This document shows positions 28,720 to 39,200 of a DNA stretch of 64,000 nt, one piece after another. A program made the position numbers and the translations under genes. Each line of letters begins with the position of its first letter. Within the stretch, counting starts at the first letter, position 1. The notes below the pieces were generated by a model that made no database searches, had not been told where the DNA came from, and saw only the letters and a program-made list of their open reading frames with translations. This DNA comes from an uncultured Methylophilus sp. (lineage in GTDB: Bacteria; Pseudomonadota; Gammaproteobacteria; Burkholderiales; Methylophilaceae): NCBI GenBank assembly GCA_965249075.1, contig CBDFLF010000001.1, positions 693,017 through 757,016 of the forward strand, in the 5' to 3' direction.

Positions 28720-29523
28720 ATGAGTACACCCGAGATTATTTATAAATACCAAAACTTTAATTCTGAGAGCCTTCAAAACCTAAAAGCTCAATCACTCTAT
28801 TTTAGTTCACCACTTAAATTTAACGACCCATACGATTGTGCAGTTTCTGCGACCGTTAAAGAATTAACTGACAAAGAGATTAATCTTATTCGTGATGCCT
28901 ACATCAAAAAAGCAGATGTGCCATCAGAAATTAAACAGCAACTGTCCATAGCAAGCAATGAAAAATTAAAAGCAATGTTTACTAATATTGCTGAAAGTGT
29001 AGTAGTTAATCATCGAGATGATTTTCTGAAAAATAGAGGCGTTACGTGTTTCTCTGAAAGAAATGATGACCTGCTGATGTGGTCTCATTACGGTGGTAAA
29101 TATAAGGGATTTTGTTTGGCATTCTCAACGAAATTTGAACCGTTTAATAAGATGAAAAAAGTAGAATATCAAGTGGATATGCCTAAATTAGATTTAGTGC
29201 CTATACTAGCTGAAGATGATTATGAACAATTAATACAACTTTTTTTCATAAAATCAAAGTCTTGGAATTATGAGAAAGAGTGGCGAAGCTTACATCAGAA
29301 GGCTGGAACTTTATTTACATATGAAATGGACGCTTTGAAAGCTGTATATTTTGGTCCTGATATTGATCCTCAATCTTTGGAAATTATCTGTTTAATATTA
29401 AAGGGGCAGAATGATAAAGTTGAATTCTGGCAAGGAACAAGAAGCGTTGATAAGTTTGAAGTTAACTTTCAAAAGTTTGATTACACAACTTATCTAGAGG
29501 CAAAGAAACTTGGTCTTAGATAG
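28720..29523 (+). CDS. DUF2971-like protein (AT-rich)
   Basis: IYKY, FNDPYD, CFSE, MWSHYG...GFC, KSKSWNYEKEWR, YFG. Visibly more AT-rich than flanking genes. Confidence 0.82.
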   Translation: MSTPEIIYKYQNFNSESLQNLKAQSLYFSSPLKFNDPYDCAVSATVKELTDKEINLIRDAYIKKADVPSEIKQQLSIASNEKLKAMFTNIAESVVVNHRDDFLKNRGVTCFSERNDDLLMWSHYGGKYKGFCLAFSTKFEPFNKMKKVEYQVDMPKLDLVPILAEDDYEQLIQLFFIKSKSWNYEKEWRSLHQKAGTLFTYEMDALKAVYFGPDIDPQSLEIICLILKGQNDKVEFWQGTRSVDKFEVNFQKFDYTTYLEAKKLGLR

Positions 29524-29532
29524 GTTGGAACG

Positions 29533-29952
29533 TTGCTTATAATCATATCTGAAACCGAATACACCCTCACCGCCATCCGCGCCCAAGGCGCAGGTGGGCA
29601 GAATGTGAATAAGGTCTCCTCGGCGATTCATTTGCGCTTTGATATTGTCGCTTCCAGTTTGAACGAAGCGCTGAAACAGCGACTCTTAAACAGCAAGGAT
29701 AAGCGCATCACGGCAGAAGGGGTGTTGGTGATTAAGGCGCAACAATTTCGCACGCAAGAAGCCAATAAAAAAGATGCGATTGCGCGTCTGCACGAGATTG
29801 TTAACGCAGCCAACCATATCCAAGCAACGCGATACGCCACGCGCCCAACCCGTGCCTCACAAAAACGGCGCGTGTCAGGCAAGTTGCTTCGAGGTGCGAT
29901 TAAACAAGCGCGAGGCAGGTTGGCACACAACAAGGTGAGTGAGGCTGATTAA
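29533..29952 (+). CDS. arfB: Alternative ribosome rescue peptidyl-tRNA hydrolase
   Basis: RAQGAGGQNVNKVSSA (GGQ) and the basic tail RYATRPTRASQKRR. Confidence 0.93.
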   Translation: MLIIISETEYTLTAIRAQGAGGQNVNKVSSAIHLRFDIVASSLNEALKQRLLNSKDKRITAEGVLVIKAQQFRTQEANKKDAIARLHEIVNAANHIQATRYATRPTRASQKRRVSGKLLRGAIKQARGRLAHNKVSEAD

Positions 29953-29964
29953 GTAAACCATTTG

Positions 29965-30168
29965 TAAGGGCGCTTCTATAAATACAAGTTGCTAACCGTA
30001 AAGGTCATCACCACCAATCTAAGTCGCCAATGCGACAAGATTGGTGCGATAAGCCAGACTAGGCGCGATTAAAAAATTTTGACGCAGTATATGTGTGATA
30101 TATAAGGATAAATTTTTTATGAGCAACGCCGTATGGCAACGGAAATTGAATTTATAGAAGTGCCCGTA
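29965..30168. mobile_element. ~204 bp MITE-like element with 19 bp terminal inverted repeats
   Basis: TAAGGGCGCTTCTATAAAT (29965-29983) versus the reverse complement of 30150-30168, TACGGGCACTTCTATAAAT (17/19). TA at both ends. Non-coding, with internal hairpins at 30012-30046 and 30062-30130. Confidence 0.7.
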
Positions 30169-30191
30169 AGATTGAGTATTAAGGAAATCGC

Positions 30192-30938
30192 ATGCCACAG
30201 TTTGGTATCTATATTATCGGTGATGAAATTTTGTCTGGTAGACGCCAAGACGCTCATCTTTCCAAGGTCATCTCGCTACTTTCTGCGCGCGGTTTGCAAT
30301 TGAGTTGGGCACATTTTTTGGGCGATGTGCCTGAGAAAATCACGACCATGTTTAAAGAAAGCATGGCGCAAAGCCAGCAAAATGGCGATGTGGTGTTTAG
30401 CTTTGGTGGCATTGGCGCGACGCCTGACGACTACACCCGCCAATGCGCGGCAGCGGCAGCAGGCGTGCCAATTGAGCGTCATGCAGGCGCAGTCGCCAAC
30501 ATCGAGGCGCAATATGGCGAGGGCGCTTACCCCAAGCGGGTGTTGATGGCAGACTTTCCCCAAGGTTGCGATTTAATCCCTAACCCGATTAACCGCGTGG
30601 CGGGTTTTAGCATCCACAACCACTACTTTGTGCCTGGCTTTCCCGAGATGGCGCACCCCATGGTGGAATGGGTGCTCGATACGCATTATGCGCACTTGTT
30701 TAACACGCAAGATTATGTGGAAGAATCGATTGTGGTGACCGAGGCGGGTGAAAGTGATTTGATTGATTTGATGAACGCCATGCTCGCCAAATACCCCATG
30801 CTCAAGTTGTTTAGCTTGCCTAGAACCAACCAACGCAGAACCACCGAACTCGGTATGAAAGGCGAAAGCGCGCAGGTAAAACTCGCCATGCAAGATTTAA
30901 AAGCGGGGGTTAGCGCTTTGGGTTACCCGTGGCAATAA
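30192..30938 (+). CDS. Molybdopterin-binding/CinA N-terminal domain protein
   Basis: IIGDEILSG, GGIGATPDDYT, PGFPEM. Confidence 0.88.
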   Translation: MPQFGIYIIGDEILSGRRQDAHLSKVISLLSARGLQLSWAHFLGDVPEKITTMFKESMAQSQQNGDVVFSFGGIGATPDDYTRQCAAAAAGVPIERHAGAVANIEAQYGEGAYPKRVLMADFPQGCDLIPNPINRVAGFSIHNHYFVPGFPEMAHPMVEWVLDTHYAHLFNTQDYVEESIVVTEAGESDLIDLMNAMLAKYPMLKLFSLPRTNQRRTTELGMKGESAQVKLAMQDLKAGVSALGYPWQ

Positions 30939-30944
30939 CGACAA

Positions 30945-31601
30945 ATGAACCGTTTTAGAATGGCTAAAAAGCGAAAAAAACTGCACCTAAAGCAGATCAC
31001 TAAGCCAGCCTTGCCTTCGCAAGCGTCAGTTTTTACACCGCCACGTTTTCGCAAAACCTTTTTGGGTTTATGCGCAATACAAGTGTTGCTGTTCATTTGG
31101 GCACTCGGCAATCACTTTATACCTAACGCTACGTGGCTGAGTCTTGGCTTCAAAATTAATATTGGGCTATGCGTCGTTGGTAATGCTTTTTTTATTTACT
31201 CGGCTTGCCTTAATCCGCGCGCGCTGGATAGCACACACTCTACATTCAAAAAATGGCTAGGATTTTTATTTGCGCCGATATTGATTTACTTTTTAGGCTA
31301 TTTCTCTGTGATATATGGTGCTGGAGATTTAATCACGCATCTCAAAAACGAACCCGCTATGATGCAAGATGTGTTTGAGAAAAATTATGTAGAAACGCGG
31401 AAAGGCTGTAAAACCCGCTTAAGTGGTGAGAAACTCAAAGGGGGGTTACCTAAATATTTTTGTGCATCCGCCGAAGTGTTTGAGAAGCTACCAGCCCGTG
31501 TTGCAGTCAACATTCATGGCTTGCGGAGCGCTTTGGGCTTTGATTTACAATCTATCGAATTTGATTGGTTGAAAACCGCATCGTTACCTGCATCGGATTA
31601 A
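30945..31601 (+). CDS. Hypothetical membrane protein
   Basis: Basic N-terminus, three hydrophobic segments and a soluble C-terminal region with two Cys. No family recognised. Confidence 0.7.
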   Translation: MNRFRMAKKRKKLHLKQITKPALPSQASVFTPPRFRKTFLGLCAIQVLLFIWALGNHFIPNATWLSLGFKINIGLCVVGNAFFIYSACLNPRALDSTHSTFKKWLGFLFAPILIYFLGYFSVIYGAGDLITHLKNEPAMMQDVFEKNYVETRKGCKTRLSGEKLKGGLPKYFCASAEVFEKLPARVAVNIHGLRSALGFDLQSIEFDWLKTASLPASD

Positions 31602-31607
31602 CGCAAT

Positions 31608-31868
31608 ATGGAATGTAGAAAACATTGTGGTGCTTGTTGCACCGCCCCTAGCATCAACAGCCCCATTCCCGGCATGCCCAACGGCAAACCCGCTGGCGTG
31701 CGTTGTGTGCAGTTGGATGAAGATAACCGCTGCATGATTTTTGGCCAAGCTGAGCGCCCCGCTTTTTGCGCCAGCTTGCAGCCCAATCTTGAGATGTGCC
31801 ACGACACCCGCGAACAGGCCATGGTTTGGCTCAGCACGCTCGAGCAACTGACGCGTCCGCATGCTTAA
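31608..31868 (+). CDS. YkgJ-family cysteine cluster protein
   Basis: [30 protein letters not shown]. Confidence 0.9.
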   Translation: MECRKHCGACCTAPSINSPIPGMPNGKPAGVRCVQLDEDNRCMIFGQAERPAFCASLQPNLEMCHDTREQAMVWLSTLEQLTRPHA

Positions 31869-31886
31869 ATATTACGGTTAAATCGC

Positions 31887-33107
31887 ATGGCACTCAACGC
31901 GCTTTACGTCGACTTTAACTCCTACTTTGCCTCGGTTGAGCAACAACTGGTGCCCGAGTTGCGTGGCAAGCCAGTAGGCGTATTAGCGGTGATGGCGGAA
32001 ACCACCTGTTGCATCGCCGCCAGTTATGAAGCCAAAGCCTTTGGCATTAAAACAGGCACCGGCGTGCGCGATGCGCGTCAGTTGTGCCCTGACATGGTGT
32101 TTGTGCAAGCGCGCCCGCCTGTGTATGTGGAGATGCATCATCGCTTGATTGCCGTGGTGGAAAGTTGCACCCATGTGGAAAGGGTGCTGTCGATAGATGA
32201 AATGGTGTGCATGCTTACGGGCAGTCAACGTCAACGCGCCAATGCGCTCAAGCTGGCAGACAAGATTAAAACCAGCATTGCGCAACAAGTGGGCGAACAT
32301 TTGCGTTGCTCGATTGGCATTGCGCCCAACACCTTTTTGGCAAAACTGGCTTCTAATATGCAAAAGCCCGATGGCTGTGTGGTGATTGAATCGGAAGAGT
32401 TGCCCGAACGTTTATACCCACTCAAACTCAGCGCTTTAAATGGCGTGGGCAGACGCATGGAAGCAAGGCTAAATCAACAAGGCATCACCAGCTTGCAACA
32501 ACTGCATGCGCTTAACAAACAGCAAATGCGTGCGGCGTGGGGCAGTGTGGAAGGCGAGCGCATGCACGACAAACTGCGTGGCGTGGAATTACCTTTGGTG
32601 AAAAATGAGCGCGGCAGTTTAGGTCATTCGCACGTGTTACCGCCCGAACTCAGAACACATGCAGGCGCACATTCCGTCTTACATCGCCTGCTTCAAAAAG
32701 CCTGTATGCGCATGCGTAGCTATGGCTTGCTAGCAGGCGCCATGAGCTTGAAAGTCAAATTCACCAACCACCCGACTTGGGGCGTTGAAACTGCCCTCTC
32801 CCCCACCGACGACACGCTCACACTCACCCATGCGCTAGAAAGTTTGTGGCAACAATATCCCAATAAGAAAAATGTACCGATGGCGGTGGCGGTGCAATTC
32901 ACCCGTTTGCTCGACCCCGAGGAGACGGCCTACGATATGTTCACGCCCAAACGCAACAGCCAAAAACTCAACCAAGTGCTAGACAGCTTGAATTTAAAAT
33001 ATGGCAAAAATACGCTCTATTTAGGCGCTGCCCACCAAGCACTGAATGATGCACCGATGCGGATTGCGTTTAATCATGTGCCAGATTTGGATGTGGAGAG
33101 CGACTGA
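31887..33107 (+). CDS. Y-family (DinB/UmuC-like) DNA polymerase
   Basis: DFNSYFASVE, IAASYEAKAFG, SIDE, CSIGIAPN.FLAKLAS, and an HhH-like LNGVGRRM. Confidence 0.9.
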   Translation: MALNALYVDFNSYFASVEQQLVPELRGKPVGVLAVMAETTCCIAASYEAKAFGIKTGTGVRDARQLCPDMVFVQARPPVYVEMHHRLIAVVESCTHVERVLSIDEMVCMLTGSQRQRANALKLADKIKTSIAQQVGEHLRCSIGIAPNTFLAKLASNMQKPDGCVVIESEELPERLYPLKLSALNGVGRRMEARLNQQGITSLQQLHALNKQQMRAAWGSVEGERMHDKLRGVELPLVKNERGSLGHSHVLPPELRTHAGAHSVLHRLLQKACMRMRSYGLLAGAMSLKVKFTNHPTWGVETALSPTDDTLTLTHALESLWQQYPNKKNVPMAVAVQFTRLLDPEETAYDMFTPKRNSQKLNQVLDSLNLKYGKNTLYLGAAHQALNDAPMRIAFNHVPDLDVESD

Positions 33108-33197
33108 GGCAGATTGAGTTAAAGAAACGTGAAATAAATGACTTCGTTGTCATAGCAAAGGTATGTGCAACTCAGTGGTCTGCTTACCCCATCTGCC

Positions 33198-33380
33198 GCG
33201 CTGAGTAGCGCAAGCTTGGCGGGAGTAGTCGGCTATCATTGTTTGAGCGCTGAAAGCGCGAGTTTATGATAGACGCCCGACAAGCTGAGCAACGCAAGAA
33301 TAAAGCGGAAGTTGGGGTGCCTTTTCTTTTGGTTACTTTATCTTTGGGCAAGCAAAGAAAAGTAACTCGCCATCAGGCGA
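33198..33380. repeat. Multi-hairpin intergenic repeat element between convergent genes
   Basis: Nested stems AGCTTGGCGGG/CCCGACAAGCT (33213-33286), CTATCAT/ATGATAG and GCGCT/AGCGC. Second hairpin GTTACTTT..TCTTTG/CAAAGA..AAAGTAAC (33332-33366); TCGCC/GGCGA (33367-33380). Resembles a widespread proteobacterial dispersed repeat, from memory. Confidence 0.6.
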
Positions 33381-33462
33381 AAGGCATGGCCGCAACATAA
33401 AGTCCGCATTGTTCAGCAGTTAAACCACAAAGCTGTTCAATACCCCAATAACTTAACGCTCA

Positions 33463-34740
33463 CTAAATTTTTTCTTGCATATTAAAGACTGCGACCAAGC
33501 TAACTAAGGCCATTCCTGATACATAGTAACCCACCCAAACAAGCCCCCCTTGTGCGACCAATAATTGCGATACGCTAGGTGCAAACGAGGCGCCCAAAAT
33601 ACCGCCCAATTGATACGCCAAACCTGCGCCTGTGTAACGGACGGCAGGCGCAAACTGCTCTGGTAAAAACGCACCCATCGGTGCAAAAGTCGCGCCCATT
33701 AAAAACAAAGCCAATATTAAAAAGGTCGTCACAGGTAGCACTGCCGCAGTGCTTAACAAAGGTGACAAGGCAAATCCCAAGATGACTGCAAAACTGGCGC
33801 TAATTAACAAAACAGGACGACGGCCATAACGGTCAGATAACCAAGCAGACAGTGGTGTCGCTAAAGTCATAAACAGCACGGCAATGCACAACATGCCTAA
33901 AAAATCTGGGCGGGCGATACCTAGGTGTTGGGTGCCGTAACTTAAACAAAATACCGTGGCGGTATAAAACAAGTTGTAACACACACCCATGGCTAACGCA
34001 CCGAGTAATATCGGTTTGAGTGATTGCTTAAGCACGGCTTTTATGGGAAAAGCATGGGCTTGTTTTTGCTGCAACACTTGGCTAAACACAGGTGTTTCTG
34101 CCAATTTAAAACGCACATATAACCCAACGCACACCAGCAACGCGCTGGCAATAAACGGCAAACGCCAACCCCAATCGTTAAATTCCGCTTCGGTGAGACC
34201 TAGGGTTAACCCAAGAAAACTCAAGGTCGCCAATAAAAATCCTACCGAAGGCCCCAACTGTGGAAACATACCAAACCAAGCGCGTTTGCCTGCGGGCGCA
34301 TGTTCGGTTGCCAATAATGCGGCACCTGCCCACTCTCCGCCCAAGCCTAAGCCTTGACCAAAACGTAACACGCATAATGTGATAGGTGCCCATATCCCCC
34401 AGCTGGCATAACTTGGCAACAGACCAATACACAGGGTTGAAATGCCCATCACTAATAATGAGCTTGCCAAGGTGGCTTTACGACCAATTTTGTCGCCAAA
34501 ATGACCAAACAACACAGCGCCAAAGGGCCGCGCAACAAAGGCGATACCAAAGGTGAGAAAAGCATTGAGCGATTGCGCGGCGGGGTCGCTGGCGGGAAAG
34601 TACACTTGGCCGATGACCAGTGCCGCCGCCATGGCGTAGATGTAGAAATCGTAAAACTCGATTGCGGTGCCGATAAAGCTGGCAAAGGCAATATGGCTGA
34701 CGCTATGGGATGTGGTTTGGGGGTGATTTTTTGAAGTCAT
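33463..34740 (-). CDS. MFS transporter, metabolite:H+ symporter (MHS) family
   Basis: GTAIEFYDF, FGHFGDKIGRK, QGLGLGGEWAGA, SDRYGRRP; about 12 TM. Confidence 0.92.
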   Translation of the reverse strand: MTSKNHPQTTSHSVSHIAFASFIGTAIEFYDFYIYAMAAALVIGQVYFPASDPAAQSLNAFLTFGIAFVARPFGAVLFGHFGDKIGRKATLASSLLVMGISTLCIGLLPSYASWGIWAPITLCVLRFGQGLGLGGEWAGAALLATEHAPAGKRAWFGMFPQLGPSVGFLLATLSFLGLTLGLTEAEFNDWGWRLPFIASALLVCVGLYVRFKLAETPVFSQVLQQKQAHAFPIKAVLKQSLKPILLGALAMGVCYNLFYTATVFCLSYGTQHLGIARPDFLGMLCIAVLFMTLATPLSAWLSDRYGRRPVLLISASFAVILGFALSPLLSTAAVLPVTTFLILALFLMGATFAPMGAFLPEQFAPAVRYTGAGLAYQLGGILGASFAPSVSQLLVAQGGLVWVGYYVSGMALVSLVAVFNMQEKI

Positions 34741-34800
34741 CTCGCCATGATAAAGGCAAGATGACTTTTTGCAAACTTAGTTAGGCGTGAGTAAAAATAA

Positions 34801-36231
34801 TCAAGAAGCGGGTTTATTGTCTGACTTGTTCTGCCAACCACCGCCCAAAGCTTTAAACAAGGTCACGCTGGCGTTGAGCACTTCTTGGCGGGTTTGCACC
34901 AAGCCGAGTGCCGCCTCGTTGTGGCTACGTTGTGCTTCTAAAACGTCAAGATAACTGGAGTAACCTGCTTGGTAACGGCGTTGCGCGATTTCTAACATGC
35001 TGTTTGCCGTAGCTTTACGTGACTGCGCAATCTGCTCGCGCTCCCGATACAATCGCACATTGACCAAAGCATCGTTGACCTCGGTAAAGGCCGTTTGCAG
35101 AACGCCTTGGTAGTTGCCCAACGCTTGTTTTTGCTTGGCAGAAGCTTGCTCAACTTTGGCCTGAAGTTTGCCACCATTAAAAATAGGCAAACTCAAGCCT
35201 AAGCCCAGTGACCAAACACGGGCTGCGGATTTGAGTAAATCCCCCAACTCCACACTCTCGCCACCCCAGCTGCTAGTGAGTGAAAAGGATGGGTACATCG
35301 CAGCTTTGGCTATGCCGATATTGGCATTGGCAGCGATGAGTTGCTGTTCGGCTTGGCGCAGATCGGGACGTGCATCCATCAATCGTGACGGCAAGCCTGC
35401 GGGTGGCAAGGGTGGCTGTGGCAAGGCCATGACATCGCCTGTGGGCACAGTCAGACTCAGTTCACCAGTAAGTAACGCCAATTGATGCTGACTAAGCGCG
35501 CGCAAACGTTGCAACTCTACTCCTTGGGTTTTTAAATTGCCACGTACCAGCTTGGCTTGATGCACATCCAGAGCCGACACTACACCACCTGCTAGGCGCC
35601 TTTCGGTGAGCGCAAGGCTATCTTCTGCGGTTTTAATGCTATCTGCGTTGACGGCCAATTGCGCATCCAAACTGCGCAAATTGAGATAATGTTGCGCTAC
35701 CAAGCTGGCAAGCGACCACTGTATGGTCTCTTTAGCATATTGGCTGGCAAGCAAGTTGGCGCGGGCAGCTTCATTGGCGCGCTTGAGTTTACCCCACACA
35801 TCGAGCTCTATCGCTGCATTAAGTGCTAAATGATAAGTACTGCGTGGATTGCCATTAAACACAGGAAAAATACCTGCTTCAGTCACACGGTTACGCACGC
35901 CTGAACCATCTAGGCTGACGGTGGGCAGAATATTCGCCCCGATCTCACGCGCTTGGGCATCGGCTTCCTCTATGCGCGCCACTGCGACATGCACATTCGT
36001 ATTTTGACTGAGCGCCTTTTCTACCAAGCTGTTTAACTGCGCATCGTTAAACAAAGTCCACCAAGTGGCGAGGGCAATGTCTGTCTCGGCTTTTTGTTCG
36101 GCACTTGAAACTGACACTTGACCAAACTGTTCAGGCAAGTTTGGTGTCGGCCGTTGATAAATCTGGCCTAGGATTTGGCAGCCTGTCAGTTGGCTAATGA
36201 TGAATAAGCTAACAATTTTATTCCGCATCAT
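34801..36231 (-). CDS. RND efflux outer membrane lipoprotein (NodT/OprM family)
   Basis: Lipobox LTGC, WWTLFNDAQL, ELDVWGK, RPDLRQAE, YLDVLEAQR, LFKALGGGW. Confidence 0.93.
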   Translation of the reverse strand: MMRNKIVSLFIISQLTGCQILGQIYQRPTPNLPEQFGQVSVSSAEQKAETDIALATWWTLFNDAQLNSLVEKALSQNTNVHVAVARIEEADAQAREIGANILPTVSLDGSGVRNRVTEAGIFPVFNGNPRSTYHLALNAAIELDVWGKLKRANEAARANLLASQYAKETIQWSLASLVAQHYLNLRSLDAQLAVNADSIKTAEDSLALTERRLAGGVVSALDVHQAKLVRGNLKTQGVELQRLRALSQHQLALLTGELSLTVPTGDVMALPQPPLPPAGLPSRLMDARPDLRQAEQQLIAANANIGIAKAAMYPSFSLTSSWGGESVELGDLLKSAARVWSLGLGLSLPIFNGGKLQAKVEQASAKQKQALGNYQGVLQTAFTEVNDALVNVRLYREREQIAQSRKATANSMLEIAQRRYQAGYSSYLDVLEAQRSHNEAALGLVQTRQEVLNASVTLFKALGGGWQNKSDNKPAS

Positions 36232-39200
36232 TACTTCCTCACCACTTCTTTATTTTCATCCATGTCGTGCGTATGACCATGGTGTCTGACATGATTTTGA
36301 TCCGTTAACCAAGTAAAAAACAATGGAATAAAAATCGTTGCCACAAACGTCGCCAGTATCATACCGCCAAAGACGCCCGTACCCATGGATTGGCGGGCCG
36401 CCGCGCCTGCGCCAGTCGCCACTACTAAAGGCACAATGCCTAACACAAACGCCATCGAGGTCATGACGATGGGTCTAAACCGCAATCTAGCGGCCTCCAA
36501 AGCGGCTTCCACCACAGGCATGCCTTCTTCCATTTTTTGGCTAGCAAACTCCACAATCAAAATCGCGTTTTTGGCAGCGAGTCCGATTAAGGTAATCAGC
36601 CCGATTTGAAAGTAAATATCATTGGTCATGCCACGCGCCAACACCGCCAACAGCGCACCTGTTAGCGCAAATGGCACCGCCATAATCACCGCTAAAGGCA
36701 ATGCCCAAGTTTCAAATTGCGCGGCTAGAATTAAAAACACCATGATGATGGCAAAGCCAAAGGCGAACATGGCGGCATTGCCAGTGCGTTGCTCTTGGTA
36801 GGCTTGTCCTGTCCACGCAATTTGGTAGCCGTCGGGCAAACTGGCTTTGGCGGTGGCTTCGACCAAAGCCATGGCATCGCCAGAGCTAACATCTGCTGCG
36901 CCACTACCGAACACCTTGGCGGACAGCAAGCCGTTATAACGCTCTAATTGTTCAGCACCCATCATGCTCGTGACGGTGCTAAGTGCAGATAACGGAATCA
37001 TATTGCCATTGGGATTCTCCGCACTGGGTTGGCTACGCACATACACTTTGCCTAAATCACTTGGTTGCATGCGGTATGCCGCTTCTGCTTGTAATTGCAC
37101 GCGATATGTACGGCCGTTACGGTTAAAATCATTCACGTAAAACGAACCCATGGTGCTTTGCAAGGTGGTGTAAATGTCGGCTATGCGCACATGTTGTGAA
37201 ATGGCCTTGGCTTCATCCACCTCGATTTTTAACTGTGGCACAGTCGGTCTAAAAAAGCTGTTAATGCCTGTGAGTTGTGGGTTGGCGCGCATGGCATCCA
37301 TAAAATTGTTCATCACCGCCGCCAGTTTGATAGGGTCGGTATCACGCTGACTTTGCACATAAACTTCAAAACCACCCGCAGAGCCCAAGCCACGAATGGC
37401 GGGCGGATTGACGGCAAAGCCCAAGCCATCCGGCTGGCTCATGCCAATACCAAACAACTTAGCCACAATGTCTGAGGCGCTGGTGCTACGCTCTTTCCAG
37501 TCTTTTAGGCGCACAAACATAGTGGCGGCATTGGTTTTATTTGCGCCCGTCAGTAGTTCAAAACCGTTGACCGCAAACTCATGCGCCACCGCTGGGTCTT
37601 GCGAAATGGCAGCGCGGATGTTTTCTGTGGTCTTGGTGGTACGCGTCAGCGAAGCGCCATCAGGCATCACCACTACCGTGACCACATAACCTTGGTCTTC
37701 TGCGGGGACAAAGCTACTTGGCACGAGTTTGAACAAAATTAACATGGCGATAGCGATGCCAACAAACACTACACTTCCGATGATTTTGTGGTGCAAGGTC
37801 AAGTTGACCGTGCCTGTATAAAAGTGGGTGAACCGACCAAAGCCTCGGTTAAATTTCTTAAAAAAACCATTTTCATTGTGACTGCTTTTTAAAATCATGG
37901 CGCACAAGGCTGGTGTTAACGTCAGCGCCACCACACCAGAAATCACCACCGCAATCGCCACCGTAACGGCAAATTGGCGATACAACTCACCCGCAATGCC
38001 CCCTTGGAAAGCCACAGGCACAAACACCGCGCACAGCACCAGCACAATCGCCACCACCGCCGCTTGTACTTGTTGAATAGACTTTAAAGCCGCTTGGAAT
38101 GGGTTTAAGCCTTCTTCACGCATCAATCTCTCAGTGTTTTCCAACACCACAATCGCATCATCCACCACAATACCAATGGCCAAAATCATGGCAAACAAGG
38201 TCAGTAAATTGATGGAAAAGCCGAATAGATATAACCCAGCAAACGTGCCGATAATGGAAATAGGCACCGCAATCATCGGTATCAGCGTTGCGCGCCAACT
38301 TTGTAAGAATAAATACACCACCAACACCACCAAAATCAGCGCCTCAGCAAAGGTTTGAAACACTTCTTTAATAGTGGCTTTGACAAAATCACTGGTATCG
38401 TAGGGGATGGTATAGGTCATGCCTTCTGGAAAGCGCGCTTTAAGCTGCTCGACTTTTGCTTTGATGGCAGTGGCGGTTTCAAGCGCATTGGCACCGTTTT
38501 GTAAGAAGATAGGAATCGCCACCCCTGTTTGACCGTCTAGCGCCGAGGTCACATTGTAGTTTTGCGCGCCCAACTCAAGTCGCGCCACGTCTTTTAGATA
38601 TAACACGCCGTTTGGCCCATCGGCGCGCACAATAATATTGCCAAACTGCGCGGGGTCGACCAAGCGTCCTTTGGCGGTGACGGTATACACCAATTGCTGA
38701 CTGGCTGGCGCAGGCTCTTGTCCTATTTTGCCTGCGGCATATTGGTTATTTTGTGCATTGATGGCGGCGGCAATATCACTGGTGCTCACGCCGAGTTGTG
38801 CCATTCGGTCAGGACGCAACCACACGCGCATGGCGTAATCTTGCCCACCAAAAATCGTTGAATCGCCCACGCCTTTCACGCGCTTGAATTCATCCAACAT
38901 GTTCAGTGTGGCGTAATTACTCAAATACAAACGGTCATGCGCTTTGTTTTTGGAGGTCAACATCACCACCAGCAAAATATCATTCGAGCGTTTTTGCACC
39001 ATCACACCATTACGACGCACCTCTTCAGGCAGTCGTGGGGAAGCAATACTCACACGGTTGCTGACATTAAAGGTCGCTTGGTCAACATCGGTGCCGACAT
39101 CAAAGGTCGCCGTAATCACCAACGTACCGCTGGAATCGGCACTGGAATTAAAATACAACAAATTATCCACGCCACTGAGTTGCTCCTCAATCGGCGCAGC

